A stretch of 64,000 nt of DNA from Patescibacteria group bacterium (GCA_038065395.1 JBBTRB010000004.1:6042-70041); one strand, 5' to 3'; positions 1 to 10,678 are shown, numbered from the stretch's first letter. Numbers and translations: made by a program. Notes: generated by a model from the letters alone, not told the origin.

Positions 1-29
1 CCATCACCATAGGAAGTGCTTTTAGAGAT

Positions 30-3000
30 TTGGAAATACAGACTCGAGACGTCATCTTCTCAACTGGAGTGGGTGCAGCCACTGAAGCAATGCGTCTTTT
101 GAATACCGGTAACCTCGGTGTGGGTACATCTTCTCCATACGCCAAACTCTCCGTAGTGGGTGAGATCGTCGGTGCATACTTCACTGCTACCACCACAGCT
201 ACATCAACATTCGGGGGTTCACTGGCAGTGACCGAAGCAAACGCAACCTCTACCTTCGCAGGAGGTATTGATCTCTCTGATGGATGTTTCGCTCTCGATG
301 GTGTGTGTATTGGGGCGGGTAGTGGTGCTGGCACAGTCAACTCTGGAACCCTCGGCCAAGTAGCATTCTATGCAGCGAACGGTACTGCAGTCTCTGGTAC
401 CTCGACACTCATTCTCCTCGATGAGAAGGTGGGTATTGGAACTTCATCTCCATGGGCCACCCTCGCAGTCAACCCAGTAGCAGGCCTTGCCGCTAACCAA
501 TTCGTCATAGGTTCATCTACCGCAACTGCTTTCATTGTTAACAATAGTGGGAATGTGGGGGTTGGTACGTCGAGTATAAAGAGTAAGCTCGCTATTCAGA
601 GAACGGATGGAAGTCACGTGGAAGTTTTCCCTAATTCTGGCGATTTACTCGAAATATATCAGGCTGCCGATGAAATTCGCGCTCTTCATATTGATTCGGA
701 TGGTAATACTACCATTGCAAATAGTGTCGGAAACATGTTCACTTCATCTGGTTCATCGGTCTCACTTGCGGCAGTCAATGGAATAGCACGTTTCTTCATT
801 GATACTACAAGCAACGTCGGCATCGGCACCACCTCCCCATACGCCAAACTCTCCGTAGTGGGTGAGATCGTCGGTGCATACTTCACAGCCACAACCACAG
901 CTACATCAACATTCGGGGGTTCACTGGCAGTGACCGAAGCAAACGCAACCTCTACCTTCGCAGGAGGTATTGATCTCTCTGATGGATGTTTCGCTCTCGA
1001 TGGTGTGTGTATTGGGGCGGGTGCAGGATCGGGGACTGTCAATACAGGAACAGCAGGATACTTTGCATACTATCCAGCATCCAACACTACTGTAGATGAT
1101 CAAACAGTTCTCAATATTTCAGGATCTAATATAGGTATTGGTACATCGTCGCCATATGCAACATTGTCAGTCGTAGGTCAAGTTGTCGCATCACATTTCA
1201 ATGCTACATCAACTACAGCAACTTCAACGATCGCCAACGCATTGATTATTGGCAATTCGAACAATCTTAATGCTGATACGATCCCTCTCAGGATCAATAG
1301 TAATCAAACGAGCTTGGAATGGTGGACAGAATTCTCTGGAACTTCAGATGATCAGATCAAGATAGGTCGTGATGCGGCTACGGGACATGCGAAGATCCAG
1401 GCATTCAGAGACAACTCAGTCCACTCTCTCCTCCTCAACCCTGCTGGCGGTAGAGTCGGAGTCGCTACCACATCTCCTTTTGCCCGCTTCGCCATCAACC
1501 CACTCGCAGGAGACCTCTTTGCTTTCGCTATCGGTTCATCCACAAAGTCGCTTCTTGCTGTGTCCACTGAAGGATTTGGCACAACTACTCTTGCGGGTCT
1601 CAATATCTCAGGTCAAGCAACATCCACCTCGAACGTTGGATTCAATATCTCAGCGGGATGTTTTGCTATCAACGGCACCTGTATATCAGGTGGTGGTGCA
1701 GGATCTGGAACAGTCAACTCTGGTACTATCGGTCAAGTAGCCTTCTACTCAGCAAACGGCACTGCAGTATCTGGAACTTCTACCCTTATCCTTCTTGATG
1801 AGAAGGTGGGTATTGGTACGTCGTCACCATACGCAAAGCTCTCTGTTGTCGGGGAAGTTGTAGCACGTAACTTCACTGCTACGTCGACTACGGCGACCAC
1901 GACACTCGCAGGAGGCTTGCATGTGAACTCGGGTGCATTGGTAACAAACTTCTCGACAGGAGTTACTACCATCAGTACTCTTGAAGCCGGTAACTTCAAC
2001 TTCGAGGATAATGCAGGTATCAATAGTTGGGCAGATCTGACAGTCACATCTTCTGCTCCGGTTGATACTCCGCAGGGTTACATCGCATTCCTTGATGGTA
2101 ATCCTATGTTCTCGATATACGGAGAGTCGAATGGTACAGGTGTAGTGAAGAAGACTGCGGTGGGTATTGGAACATCGACTCCGTTCGCGCTCCTCTCTGT
2201 GCAAAATAATGCATTTGCTGCTTCTAGTACGTACAGTGTCTTCATTGCCTCATCAACTGCTGCATTTGCTACAACTACACATTTTGCGATCACAAATACA
2301 GGTAATGTCGGATTCGGTACATCTTCCCCATGGGCAACTCTCGCAGTTAACCCATCTGCAGGCTTTTCCTCTAACCAATTCGTCATCGGCTCATCAACAG
2401 CAACCAGCTTCCTCGTCACCAACAGAGGATTCGTAGGAGTAGGTACAACCTCACCATCTGCCCGCTTCGCCATCAACCCACTTGCAGGTGACCTCTTCGC
2501 CTTCGCTATCGGCTCATCTACCAAATCACTTTTGTCAGTATCAACCGAAGGATTTGGCACAACCACTCTCGCAGGGCTTGATATCTCTGGTCAAGCAACA
2601 TCTACCTCTAACGTTGGATTCAATATCTCAGCGGGATGTTTTGCTATCAACGGCACCTGTATATCAGGTGGTGGTGCAGGATCTGGAACAGTCAACTCTG
2701 GTACTATCGGTCAAGTAGCCTTCTACTCAGCAAACGGCACTGCAGTATCTGGAACTTCTACCCTTATCCTTCTTGATGAGAAGGTGGGTATTGGTACGTC
2801 GTCACCATACGCAAAGCTCTCTGTTGTCGGGGAAGTTGTAGCACGTAACTTCACTGCTACGTCGACTACGGCGACGAGTACGTTTGCAGCTACGACAACC
2901 GTGACTAATCTCCTTGCTAACAAGTTCGTAGATACCAACCAGAGTCGCTGGTTGTCATTGGCAGAGCTCGGTGGTAACCGTGGCTTCGGTCGATTTACCC

Positions 3001-6000
3001 AGTACAACCCAACAGTTGCGACTACCTCGTTCCATGCACCGACGAACTATTATCTCGCCACATCGACATTGAATTTGAGTTCATCTCGCTCGACGAACGA
3101 TTCGGGTGCCACATACAACCCTGTCAACAACTCGATCCTGATGATCAACAATAGTAACCTCATTTACGAGCATGATCTCGATGGTAAACTCCTCCGTACT
3201 ATCACCCTCGTCGGATTTGCTGATACAGAGTCTCTTGTCTGGATGTATGATGATATGTTTGCGATCGGCGAAGAATCGGCAGGTATGGGTATCAACTTTG
3301 GCCTCCGTATTCCGAATGGTACAACGACGATCAATAGAAACCTTGCTACACGTATAGACCTTACAGGTACGTTCGGTACTTCGAACCAAGGTGTCGAAGG
3401 TCTAGCATACGATCTCGATCGAGATGTCTTCTATATCGGTATCGAAGGCACAGGAGATACCATGAGTGTCTACACAGTTACTCGTTCAGGTGCGGTATCC
3501 GTAACGTTCTCAACATCAACATGGGCAGCTGCCGACATTGGTGATATTTCGGATCTCTACTATGACCGCAATACCGGACATATGTTCGCCGGAGTTGACC
3601 AGTGTAATGGTGAAGCCAACGGACCAGCATCGACGTTGTGTGACGGTATGATCGAGATCGATATGACGACAGGTGCGATCATCGACAAGATACATGCCCC
3701 TGCTGGCTTTAGTCAGGTTGAGGGTATCGGCTTTACTCCAGATGGACGTCTGATGTTCATGACCAGTGAAGGAGACATGTTCGCCAAATACATCGCCCAA
3801 GACCGTGGCACACCATTCTCCTTCGTCCAGTTCGCATCATCCACACCAGTCAACCTCAGTGTTCTCACTAACATCGGAGTAGGAACATCTACACCAGAAT
3901 ACGGCATCACAATCGCCACATCTACCAAGTCACAACTGGCCCTCTCTGCAGGTGCAGGTATCGCACAATGGGCATTCCGTAATGCAGGAGGTAATCTCTA
4001 TCTCAGTACCACTACTGTACTTGGTACAGCTACTACCTCTATCTCTGCCCTTGAAATCGCAGGAGATGGCTTCGGTACTACTACCCTTCGAGGTCTCAGT
4101 ATTCTCGGTCAAGCTACCTCTACCTCTAACGTCGGCTTCAATATCACGTCTGGCTGTTATGCAGTCAACGGTACTTGTGTCGGTGGTGGAGGTGTCGGTG
4201 GTGGATACTCAACCGTTCAAGATGAAGGCTCAGGTCTTGCTGCTCGATCCATCCTCAACTTCCTTGGCACTGGGGTGAGTTGCGTGGATGACGGTGTTGA
4301 TTCCACTGACTGTACGATCACTGCCGGTGCAGGATCGATGGCAATCGGTTCATCGGTGACAAGTGGAACGTCAGGTTCAGTCTTGTTCGTTGATAGTGGT
4401 GGTTTATTGGCTCAAGACAACAGTCATTTCTTCTGGGATGAGACGAACAACCGTCTCGGCCTCGGTACTACCTCGCCATACGCCAAACTCTCAGTGGTTG
4501 GTGAAGTCGTAGCCTCACACTTTACAGCAACATCTACCACTGCTACGAGTACATTCGCAGCTACGACAACAGTTCGCAATATAGTCTTCAATGGCAAACT
4601 AGTAGACACCAACCAGAGTCGCTGGTTGTCATTGGCAGAACTTGGTGGTAACCGTGGTTTCGGTCGCTTCACTCAGTACAACCCGACAGTTGCAACTACG
4701 ACATTCCACCCACCAACGAACTATTATCTCGCAACGTCTACGCTCAATTTGAGTTCTGTGACAGCCTCTAACAACTCTGGTGTCACCTATAACCCTGTTA
4801 ACAATAGCTTGTTCTTCATAAACAACAGTAACTTCATCTACGAACACGACCTTGATGGTAAGCATATACGTACTATTACCCTGGCAAACTTTACCGACAC
4901 GGAAGCATTGGCTTGGATGTATGATGATATGTTCGTGATCGGGGATGAGCAAGGAGGTCGCATAACGTATCTCCGTCTCCCGAATGGCACAACGACAGTC
5001 AACCGCAACGTAGGTACTACCATCTCCACATCAGCGACTTTTGGTGTGGGCAACTCGACTATCGAAGGCGTCACCTACGACCTCGATCGAGATGTCTTCT
5101 ATATCGGTATCGAGGGTTCTGGAACTGGTGCAGGAGTATATACGGTCACGCGTTCGGGTACGATCACGGCGACATTCTCTACCTCAACCTGGCAGACTGC
5201 CAACATTGGAGATGTATCAGACCTCTACTATGACCGCAACACTGGACATATGTTCGCCTCCGTTGACCAGTGTTACGGTGAGTCCAACGGTGTTGCGTCT
5301 ACGCTCTGTGACGGATTCATTGAGATCGATATGACAACAGGCGCGATTATTGACAAGATCAGTGCGCCATCAGGATTCTTCCAGGTCGAAGGTATCGGAT
5401 TCACTCCAGATGGACGACTCATGTTCTTGGATGGAGAAAACGACATGTTCGCCAAATACATCGCCCAAGACCGTGGCACACCATTCTCCTTCGTCCAGTT
5501 CGCATCATCCACACCAGTCAACCTCAGTGTTCTCACTAACATCGGAGTAGGAACATCTACACCAGAATACGGCATCACAATCGCCACATCTACCAAGTCA
5601 CAACTGGCCCTCTCTGCAGGTGCAGGTATCGCACAATGGGCATTCCGTAATGCAGGAGGTAATCTCTATCTCAGTACCACTACTGTACTTGGTACAGCTA
5701 CTACCTCTATCTCTGCCCTTGAAATCGCAGGAGATGGCTTCGGTACTACTACCCTTCGAGGTCTCAGTATTCTCGGTCAAGCTACCTCTACCTCTAACGT
5801 CGGCTTCAATATCACGTCTGGCTGTTATGCAGTCAACGGTACTTGTGTCGGTGGTGGAGGTGTCGGTGGTGGATACTCAACCGTTCAAGATGAAGGCTCA
5901 GGTCTTGCTGCTCGATCCATCCTCAACTTCCTTGGCACTGGGGTGAGTTGTATCGATGATGGGGTAGACTCTACCGATTGTACGATCAATACGTCTGCAG

Positions 6001-8753
6001 CATCTCTCTCCATCGGATCTGCTATCACCGGTGGCACACCAGGATCTGTCCTCTTCGTCGATGCAGGAGGTCTTATGGCACAGGACAATGCTGCGTTCTT
6101 TTGGGATTACACCAACGACAGACTCGGTCTCGGTAGCTCGACTCCATACGCAGCACTCTCGGTCGTCGCAAACGGTACCGCACCAAAATTCGTAGTCGCA
6201 ACATCAACTACTGGGGACAACCAACCACTCCTCTTCGTCAACGGTACAACGACAGGGGCACTCGACTGGGCACGTGTAGCGATCGGTACCACTACGACAT
6301 GGGGTGCAGAGTCGGGCCTCCGTGACCAGTTCACCGTGGCAGGCCGTATATATAGTACCTGGCGTGAGATGAGGTGTGACTTCCCGGGAGCGAGTTTGAC
6401 TGCACAGATAACTGCGACTACACCGAACTTCTGTGGAGGGTTCGCTTATCAGCCTGATACCTCGGGTCGCATGGAAAGTCCAGTGACTGTACAGGGAAAT
6501 GCAAACTATTCTCACAACCCACACGTGTTGCGTCTCATCTCCGGTGGAACAACAGACGCCTCTGCTTCGGGCGCTGGTGCCGCTATACGTTCGATCACTA
6601 CATTCTTTGCAGCCTCTTCGAGTCCAACGTTCGAGGTAGTTTCTCGCCTCGGCACATCGACTCAGGCATCGTTCTGGACAATGGCTTCTAGTTCTATTTA
6701 CATGATCGGTTTCCATAACATAACTGCAGGTACGGGTGGTGATGTATCTGTTATTCCTACAAATGCCATTATGTTCGTGGCAACCACGACAACCAACTGG
6801 ATAGCCCTCGTGCGTAATAACAGTACGTATACTTCATATGTCAACACAGGTGTCCCTACCACCACCTCACCAAACATTGCATTCAATCGTTTTCGTATTG
6901 AGGCGAATCAGAATGATGTCACGTTCGTGATCAATGGTAAGGTCGTGTCAAAGCTTGTAAGTAATGGCTCAAATATCCCAAGTACAAACCTCGGATACAT
7001 CATATCTGCCGGATCAACGGCTGCTGGTCGTGGCAAGACCATGGAAATCTCGCAGATACGTCTCTGGGTTGACGATCCGACTGGCGGAGGGATCTCAGAA
7101 GGTTTGCTCGCTGCTGCAAGTGACATGTCGGTCAAGAAAGAAGAAGACGAAGTCACCTTCGAAGATGTGCTGGGGGGATATAATTCTTCTGCAGAATCCG
7201 CCAATAGCATAGAGTATATGGCGAGAGACGCGCGTATGCTCGGTGAAGGAACTCTCGTGTCACTATCCACAACTACGGGTGAAGTAGTACAGAGGGCCCA
7301 AGGCACATACGATCCGTCACTATTCGGTGTAGTGAATATCTCGAGTGTACAGACGTTGGGACATATCAACGAACATACGGTAAAAGTTGCAACGGCCGGA
7401 AGAACGTACGTGCGCGTTAATACCGAAAACGGGCCAATAGTACCAGGAGATTACCTCACTTCTTCTTCTGTAGATGGAGTCGCTATGAAGGCGACAGGTG
7501 CAGGTCAGGTCATCGGACGAGCTATCGAAAAGTTCGACAAGGTTGGTGAGGAAGGACTCATCGTAACAACAGTTGAGCCATCCTATTATGTAGGTAATAC
7601 ATTCGCACTCAACTCTCTTGGCAACATGACAGCGCAGTCGTTCGCTTCACTCACTTCAAAATCTTTCGTAAAGGATGTTGAATATCTCACCGCATCGAGT
7701 ACCGAGACATTGGTAGGTGGTCTCGTTAGTATCAAGGTGTCATATTATAGAGATGTATCCGCAGCTTCGACGTCACCATTGCAGCTCGGTCTGATCACCG
7801 AAGATGTTCCATCTGAGATCAGAACCGCAGATGGGAAGCAGGTAGATCTGCTCAAGCTCTCGGCACTGATCGTGGCTGGACTCCAAGAGCAGAAAAAGAA
7901 GCTTGATGGTCTCCATATAGATACGGTTAACAATGAGCTCGTACTGAGCAAAGCTCTACGAGTAACCAGTATGGCCACATTCGGCGGAGGGCTCACGGTC
8001 GACAGTATCAGTTCTATCGGCACCAGTCTCACATTCAACAACGATACCGTATTCTTTGGCCGACCATACTTCAACACTGACACTGCAGGATTCGCAGTCA
8101 TCGGAGAGGGTGCACGAGATGTAGAAGTAGTATTCGATAGTGAGTATCTCGAACAGCCGATCGTCAACGCATCTATCGCACTCGATGATATAGGTGACGA
8201 AGATCAGGTTGCTGCAGTTTCCGAAGCATTGTTCGATCAAGATATCAGATTCCTGATCACCAAGAAGAGTGTCAAAGGATTCACGATCATCCTCAACAAG
8301 CCGGCACCACGAGATGTTCAGTTCAGTTGGATAGCCTTGGCAGTCAAAGGGGCACGAACTGCAACATCGAGTCAAGTTCAGAATCTACCTGTAGAGGAAG
8401 ACGAACAGGATCCTCAGGTTCCTGAGATCGAGATCGTCCCAGATCCAGATACACAGCCAATAGACGACACTCCGCCTCCTTCAGAAGAGGCGACGACAAC
8501 CATATCAAATGGGGAAGATGATCTTGTGACACCGCCCGTAGCAGAAGAAGAGTCGACTCAGGGAGATCAGACAGGATCGTCCCAAACAGAGGAAGAAGTA
8601 CCACAACCTGAGCCTGTTATAGAAACAGAAGATGCTCCTGAGCCAGAGGTGCAACAGACACCAGAAACATCTCAGGACTCATCAGCTGAAGATACTCCTG
8701 TGGCGTCTGATGATACAGGAGACTCGGATGAGAACGAACCAACCAATCCTTGA
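30..8753 (+). CDS. Giant (2907 aa or longer) Gly/Thr/Ser-rich repetitive surface fibre protein. The reading frame is open to nt 1, so the gene may start upstream of the window; the track uses a TTG start at 30. Contains many VGIGTSSPYAKLSVVGE-type repeats, two ~330-aa beta-propeller-like modules, an S74-intramolecular-chaperone-like domain (nt ~7600-7910) and an acidic Pro/Glu/Asp-rich C-terminal tail.
   Basis: Single uninterrupted frame. Large intragenic near-identical repeats at 136-320/838-1020, 1631-1880/2612-2877, ~2880-3900/~4555-5560 and 3781-4275/5449-5943. The motif GLITEDVPSEIRTADGKQVDLLKLSALIVAGLQEQKKKLDGL resembles the Peptidase_S74/endosialidase chaperone domain of phage tail fibres. 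Confidence 0.75.
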   Translation: MEIQTRDVIFSTGVGAATEAMRLLNTGNLGVGTSSPYAKLSVVGEIVGAYFTATTTATSTFGGSLAVTEANATSTFAGGIDLSDGCFALDGVCIGAGSGAGTVNSGTLGQVAFYAANGTAVSGTSTLILLDEKVGIGTSSPWATLAVNPVAGLAANQFVIGSSTATAFIVNNSGNVGVGTSSIKSKLAIQRTDGSHVEVFPNSGDLLEIYQAADEIRALHIDSDGNTTIANSVGNMFTSSGSSVSLAAVNGIARFFIDTTSNVGIGTTSPYAKLSVVGEIVGAYFTATTTATSTFGGSLAVTEANATSTFAGGIDLSDGCFALDGVCIGAGAGSGTVNTGTAGYFAYYPASNTTVDDQTVLNISGSNIGIGTSSPYATLSVVGQVVASHFNATSTTATSTIANALIIGNSNNLNADTIPLRINSNQTSLEWWTEFSGTSDDQIKIGRDAATGHAKIQAFRDNSVHSLLLNPAGGRVGVATTSPFARFAINPLAGDLFAFAIGSSTKSLLAVSTEGFGTTTLAGLNISGQATSTSNVGFNISAGCFAINGTCISGGGAGSGTVNSGTIGQVAFYSANGTAVSGTSTLILLDEKVGIGTSSPYAKLSVVGEVVARNFTATSTTATTTLAGGLHVNSGALVTNFSTGVTTISTLEAGNFNFEDNAGINSWADLTVTSSAPVDTPQGYIAFLDGNPMFSIYGESNGTGVVKKTAVGIGTSTPFALLSVQNNAFAASSTYSVFIASSTAAFATTTHFAITNTGNVGFGTSSPWATLAVNPSAGFSSNQFVIGSSTATSFLVTNRGFVGVGTTSPSARFAINPLAGDLFAFAIGSSTKSLLSVSTEGFGTTTLAGLDISGQATSTSNVGFNISAGCFAINGTCISGGGAGSGTVNSGTIGQVAFYSANGTAVSGTSTLILLDEKVGIGTSSPYAKLSVVGEVVARNFTATSTTATSTFAATTTVTNLLANKFVDTNQSRWLSLAELGGNRGFGRFTQYNPTVATTSFHAPTNYYLATSTLNLSSSRSTNDSGATYNPVNNSILMINNSNLIYEHDLDGKLLRTITLVGFADTESLVWMYDDMFAIGEESAGMGINFGLRIPNGTTTINRNLATRIDLTGTFGTSNQGVEGLAYDLDRDVFYIGIEGTGDTMSVYTVTRSGAVSVTFSTSTWAAADIGDISDLYYDRNTGHMFAGVDQCNGEANGPASTLCDGMIEIDMTTGAIIDKIHAPAGFSQVEGIGFTPDGRLMFMTSEGDMFAKYIAQDRGTPFSFVQFASSTPVNLSVLTNIGVGTSTPEYGITIATSTKSQLALSAGAGIAQWAFRNAGGNLYLSTTTVLGTATTSISALEIAGDGFGTTTLRGLSILGQATSTSNVGFNITSGCYAVNGTCVGGGGVGGGYSTVQDEGSGLAARSILNFLGTGVSCVDDGVDSTDCTITAGAGSMAIGSSVTSGTSGSVLFVDSGGLLAQDNSHFFWDETNNRLGLGTTSPYAKLSVVGEVVASHFTATSTTATSTFAATTTVRNIVFNGKLVDTNQSRWLSLAELGGNRGFGRFTQYNPTVATTTFHPPTNYYLATSTLNLSSVTASNNSGVTYNPVNNSLFFINNSNFIYEHDLDGKHIRTITLANFTDTEALAWMYDDMFVIGDEQGGRITYLRLPNGTTTVNRNVGTTISTSATFGVGNSTIEGVTYDLDRDVFYIGIEGSGTGAGVYTVTRSGTITATFSTSTWQTANIGDVSDLYYDRNTGHMFASVDQCYGESNGVASTLCDGFIEIDMTTGAIIDKISAPSGFFQVEGIGFTPDGRLMFLDGENDMFAKYIAQDRGTPFSFVQFASSTPVNLSVLTNIGVGTSTPEYGITIATSTKSQLALSAGAGIAQWAFRNAGGNLYLSTTTVLGTATTSISALEIAGDGFGTTTLRGLSILGQATSTSNVGFNITSGCYAVNGTCVGGGGVGGGYSTVQDEGSGLAARSILNFLGTGVSCIDDGVDSTDCTINTSAASLSIGSAITGGTPGSVLFVDAGGLMAQDNAAFFWDYTNDRLGLGSSTPYAALSVVANGTAPKFVVATSTTGDNQPLLFVNGTTTGALDWARVAIGTTTTWGAESGLRDQFTVAGRIYSTWREMRCDFPGASLTAQITATTPNFCGGFAYQPDTSGRMESPVTVQGNANYSHNPHVLRLISGGTTDASASGAGAAIRSITTFFAASSSPTFEVVSRLGTSTQASFWTMASSSIYMIGFHNITAGTGGDVSVIPTNAIMFVATTTTNWIALVRNNSTYTSYVNTGVPTTTSPNIAFNRFRIEANQNDVTFVINGKVVSKLVSNGSNIPSTNLGYIISAGSTAAGRGKTMEISQIRLWVDDPTGGGISEGLLAAASDMSVKKEEDEVTFEDVLGGYNSSAESANSIEYMARDARMLGEGTLVSLSTTTGEVVQRAQGTYDPSLFGVVNISSVQTLGHINEHTVKVATAGRTYVRVNTENGPIVPGDYLTSSSVDGVAMKATGAGQVIGRAIEKFDKVGEEGLIVTTVEPSYYVGNTFALNSLGNMTAQSFASLTSKSFVKDVEYLTASSTETLVGGLVSIKVSYYRDVSAASTSPLQLGLITEDVPSEIRTADGKQVDLLKLSALIVAGLQEQKKKLDGLHIDTVNNELVLSKALRVTSMATFGGGLTVDSISSIGTSLTFNNDTVFFGRPYFNTDTAGFAVIGEGARDVEVVFDSEYLEQPIVNASIALDDIGDEDQVAAVSEALFDQDIRFLITKKSVKGFTIILNKPAPRDVQFSWIALAVKGARTATSSQVQNLPVEEDEQDPQVPEIEIVPDPDTQPIDDTPPPSEEATTTISNGEDDLVTPPVAEEESTQGDQTGSSQTEEEVPQPEPVIETEDAPEPEVQQTPETSQDSSAEDTPVASDDTGDSDENEPTNP

Positions 8754-8766
8754 TGCCCAAGAAATA

Positions 8767-9777
8767 TTATTTTAGGGCACTTACTTGTTTGAGGGCTTCT
8801 TGATATACGACTTTTGAGAGGAGACTTGCAACATCGGACGCCTTATCCATATCTGTGCCACGTGTCATGATACAGATGAGATATGGGTGATAGGGGAGGT
8901 ATACGATACCGCAATCATGAAATTGTTTAATGTTGGAGGAGTCTGAATATCGTTCGCCAAACTTGTGTGAGACAACAGTGTCTCGAGGTAGATATTTCGT
9001 GATGCCTTTGTCGAACTCTGTCTCCGAAAGGGTAGACAGTAGCTCCTCGGAATTATGCTTACTCAGATATGATGCATTGAACAATACACGGAAAAAAGTC
9101 GCATAGTCTCTCACGTTCATAAAGTCCGCATCGCTACTCTGGGGCAGAGAAAGATGAAGATCCTCGAGTAACTTCCTGAAGCCGTCTTTCTCTGTAGCAA
9201 AAACCAGGGCTTCGGCCGCTTTGTTGTCTGAGTGTTTGATGCTGGCTTCGAGGAGTTTACGGATAGTGTGTGCCTTCGTGAGGTCGATGGATTGGGATGG
9301 TTTGAAATGCTGTTCAAAATCGATAGTCTGTAGGTCTTTGTTCGGAGGAATGATCGAGTCAAGGAGACCAGGTATTTCCTCTGATCTCTTGTAAAAATAC
9401 ATTGCAAGGGGAACTTTCATGAGCGAAGCGGGGAAGAAGTTTTCCTTCTCATTGATACCGAGCCACGGGCCGTTGTTGAGGTCACGATAATACACAGATG
9501 CATGAGTAATATCACGAGATGCCACTTTCTCCGTGATGACCTTCTCTAAAACTTCTTTGGAGGGACGTATGGTGTTTTGGGCGATGTAGTCTTGGCCGAA
9601 ACTGCATTCGAGCAATGGGTTCGTGAAAGAGGATTCAAGCGGATTCTCGCGAGATTCGTTGTAGGAACTGTATTCGCCGATAGAGTTCCTGAGCGCATGG
9701 CCTCTCCCTAGATAGAAAGCACCAATACCAACCAGGATAGGTAATACGACGAGAATAATGCGTGTATTCATGGTCAT
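8767..9777 (-). CDS. Membrane-anchored serine hydrolase, class A beta-lactamase-like fold (possible DD-peptidase or beta-lactamase-related protein)
   Basis: N-terminal TM helix; S-x-x-K (ASLMKV), S-D-N (HSDNKAA) and K-x-G (HKFGE) motifs with class-A-like spacing. Confidence 0.5.
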   Translation of the reverse strand: MTMNTRIILVVLPILVGIGAFYLGRGHALRNSIGEYSSYNESRENPLESSFTNPLLECSFGQDYIAQNTIRPSKEVLEKVITEKVASRDITHASVYYRDLNNGPWLGINEKENFFPASLMKVPLAMYFYKRSEEIPGLLDSIIPPNKDLQTIDFEQHFKPSQSIDLTKAHTIRKLLEASIKHSDNKAAEALVFATEKDGFRKLLEDLHLSLPQSSDADFMNVRDYATFFRVLFNASYLSKHNSEELLSTLSETEFDKGITKYLPRDTVVSHKFGERYSDSSNIKQFHDCGIVYLPYHPYLICIMTRGTDMDKASDVASLLSKVVYQEALKQVSALK

Positions 9778-9827
9778 CGAGTAGTATACTGTATAATGTA
9801 TTCATATACTATAATAATGTGAAGCTT

Positions 9828-10202
9828 ATGAAAAGCCCTGCATACACAAGAGGTTTCGTTGTTCCAATGCTCATCTTTGCCATTGTCGTTGTTTCTGGTA
9901 TCTCTTTTTATTTTTATCAGAGAGCGAGCAGAGACCCGCAGACTCGAGTCAAACAAGATGCGAGCAAACTCCTGGCAGAAATAGGTGCCATTGTGCTGTT
10001 GCCAACAGATGAGGAGCCGACCATCGCGACCATCACTGACCCAGAGAAACTCAAGGATCAAGTATTTTTCGCCAATGCCAAGCCTGGCTACAAGGTGCTG
10101 ATCTATGCCAAAGCTCGTAAAGTGTTTTTGTACGACCCTGTAGGCAAGAGGTTGATCGATGCTGCCCCTCTCTATTTTGGAGACGAGCCACTCGATAGCT
10201 AA
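9828..10202 (+). CDS. Small membrane-anchored protein, paralog 1 (N-terminal TM plus conserved C-terminal domain TVATITDPEKLKDQ.FFANAK.G.KVLIY..ARK.FLYD)
   Basis: Track ORF 9762-10202 trimmed to the Met before the TM segment (MKSPAYTRG...) to avoid overlap with the convergent gene. Near-duplicate of the next gene. Confidence 0.5.
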   Translation: MKSPAYTRGFVVPMLIFAIVVVSGISFYFYQRASRDPQTRVKQDASKLLAEIGAIVLLPTDEEPTIATITDPEKLKDQVFFANAKPGYKVLIYAKARKVFLYDPVGKRLIDAAPLYFGDEPLDS

Positions 10203-10257
10203 CAACCCCTATTGATTTGTATTGGCATGGTGTATAATAGTTCCAATATTAAGAATA

Positions 10258-10662
10258 ATGAGTAACATAATGAATAACAAGAAAATCATAGGCATTGTAG
10301 TAGCGGTCATAGTCATTGCTATTATCGGATTCCTCGTATACAAGAAAGCGCCAGCTTCAACTCCTGCAGACCCAAATACCGCAGAAGCTCAAGCTGAGAT
10401 GGAGGCGATCGTCGCAAAAGTCGGCAAGCTCATCGACCTCCCAACGGGCGAGAACCCAACGGTTGCAACTATTACCGACCCAGAGAAGCTCAAAGATCAG
10501 CCATTCTTCGCCAACGCAAAGTCTGGCCACAAAGTCTTGATCTATCCTACCGCTCGCAAGGCGTTCTTGTACGACGAGTCTAGGAACAAGCTCATCGAAG
10601 TTGCTCCACTTATCCTCGGTAACCCAGACCAGTTGACTAATACTCCTACATCAACCCAATAA
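10258..10662 (+). CDS. Small membrane-anchored protein, paralog 2 of the preceding gene
   Basis: Shares TVATITDPEKLKDQpFFANAKsGhKVLIYptARKaFLYDe...LIEVAPL with paralog 1. Start taken at MSNIMNNKK inside track ORF 10222-10662. Confidence 0.5.
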   Translation: MSNIMNNKKIIGIVVAVIVIAIIGFLVYKKAPASTPADPNTAEAQAEMEAIVAKVGKLIDLPTGENPTVATITDPEKLKDQPFFANAKSGHKVLIYPTARKAFLYDESRNKLIEVAPLILGNPDQLTNTPTSTQ

Positions 10663-10678
10663 GAGTTGATACTCTTGC

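Noticed and set aside
686-8604. Many 60-170-aa ORFs on the minus strand and in alternative plus frames inside the giant gene (for example 686-1042, 2078-2566, 6204-6716, 7745-8375). Several are duplicated exactly (3930-4112 = 5598-5780).
   Set aside because: They lie antisense or out of frame within a continuous 8.7-kb coding frame and have low-complexity Ser/Thr/Pro/Val composition. The duplications simply mirror the intragenic DNA repeats.
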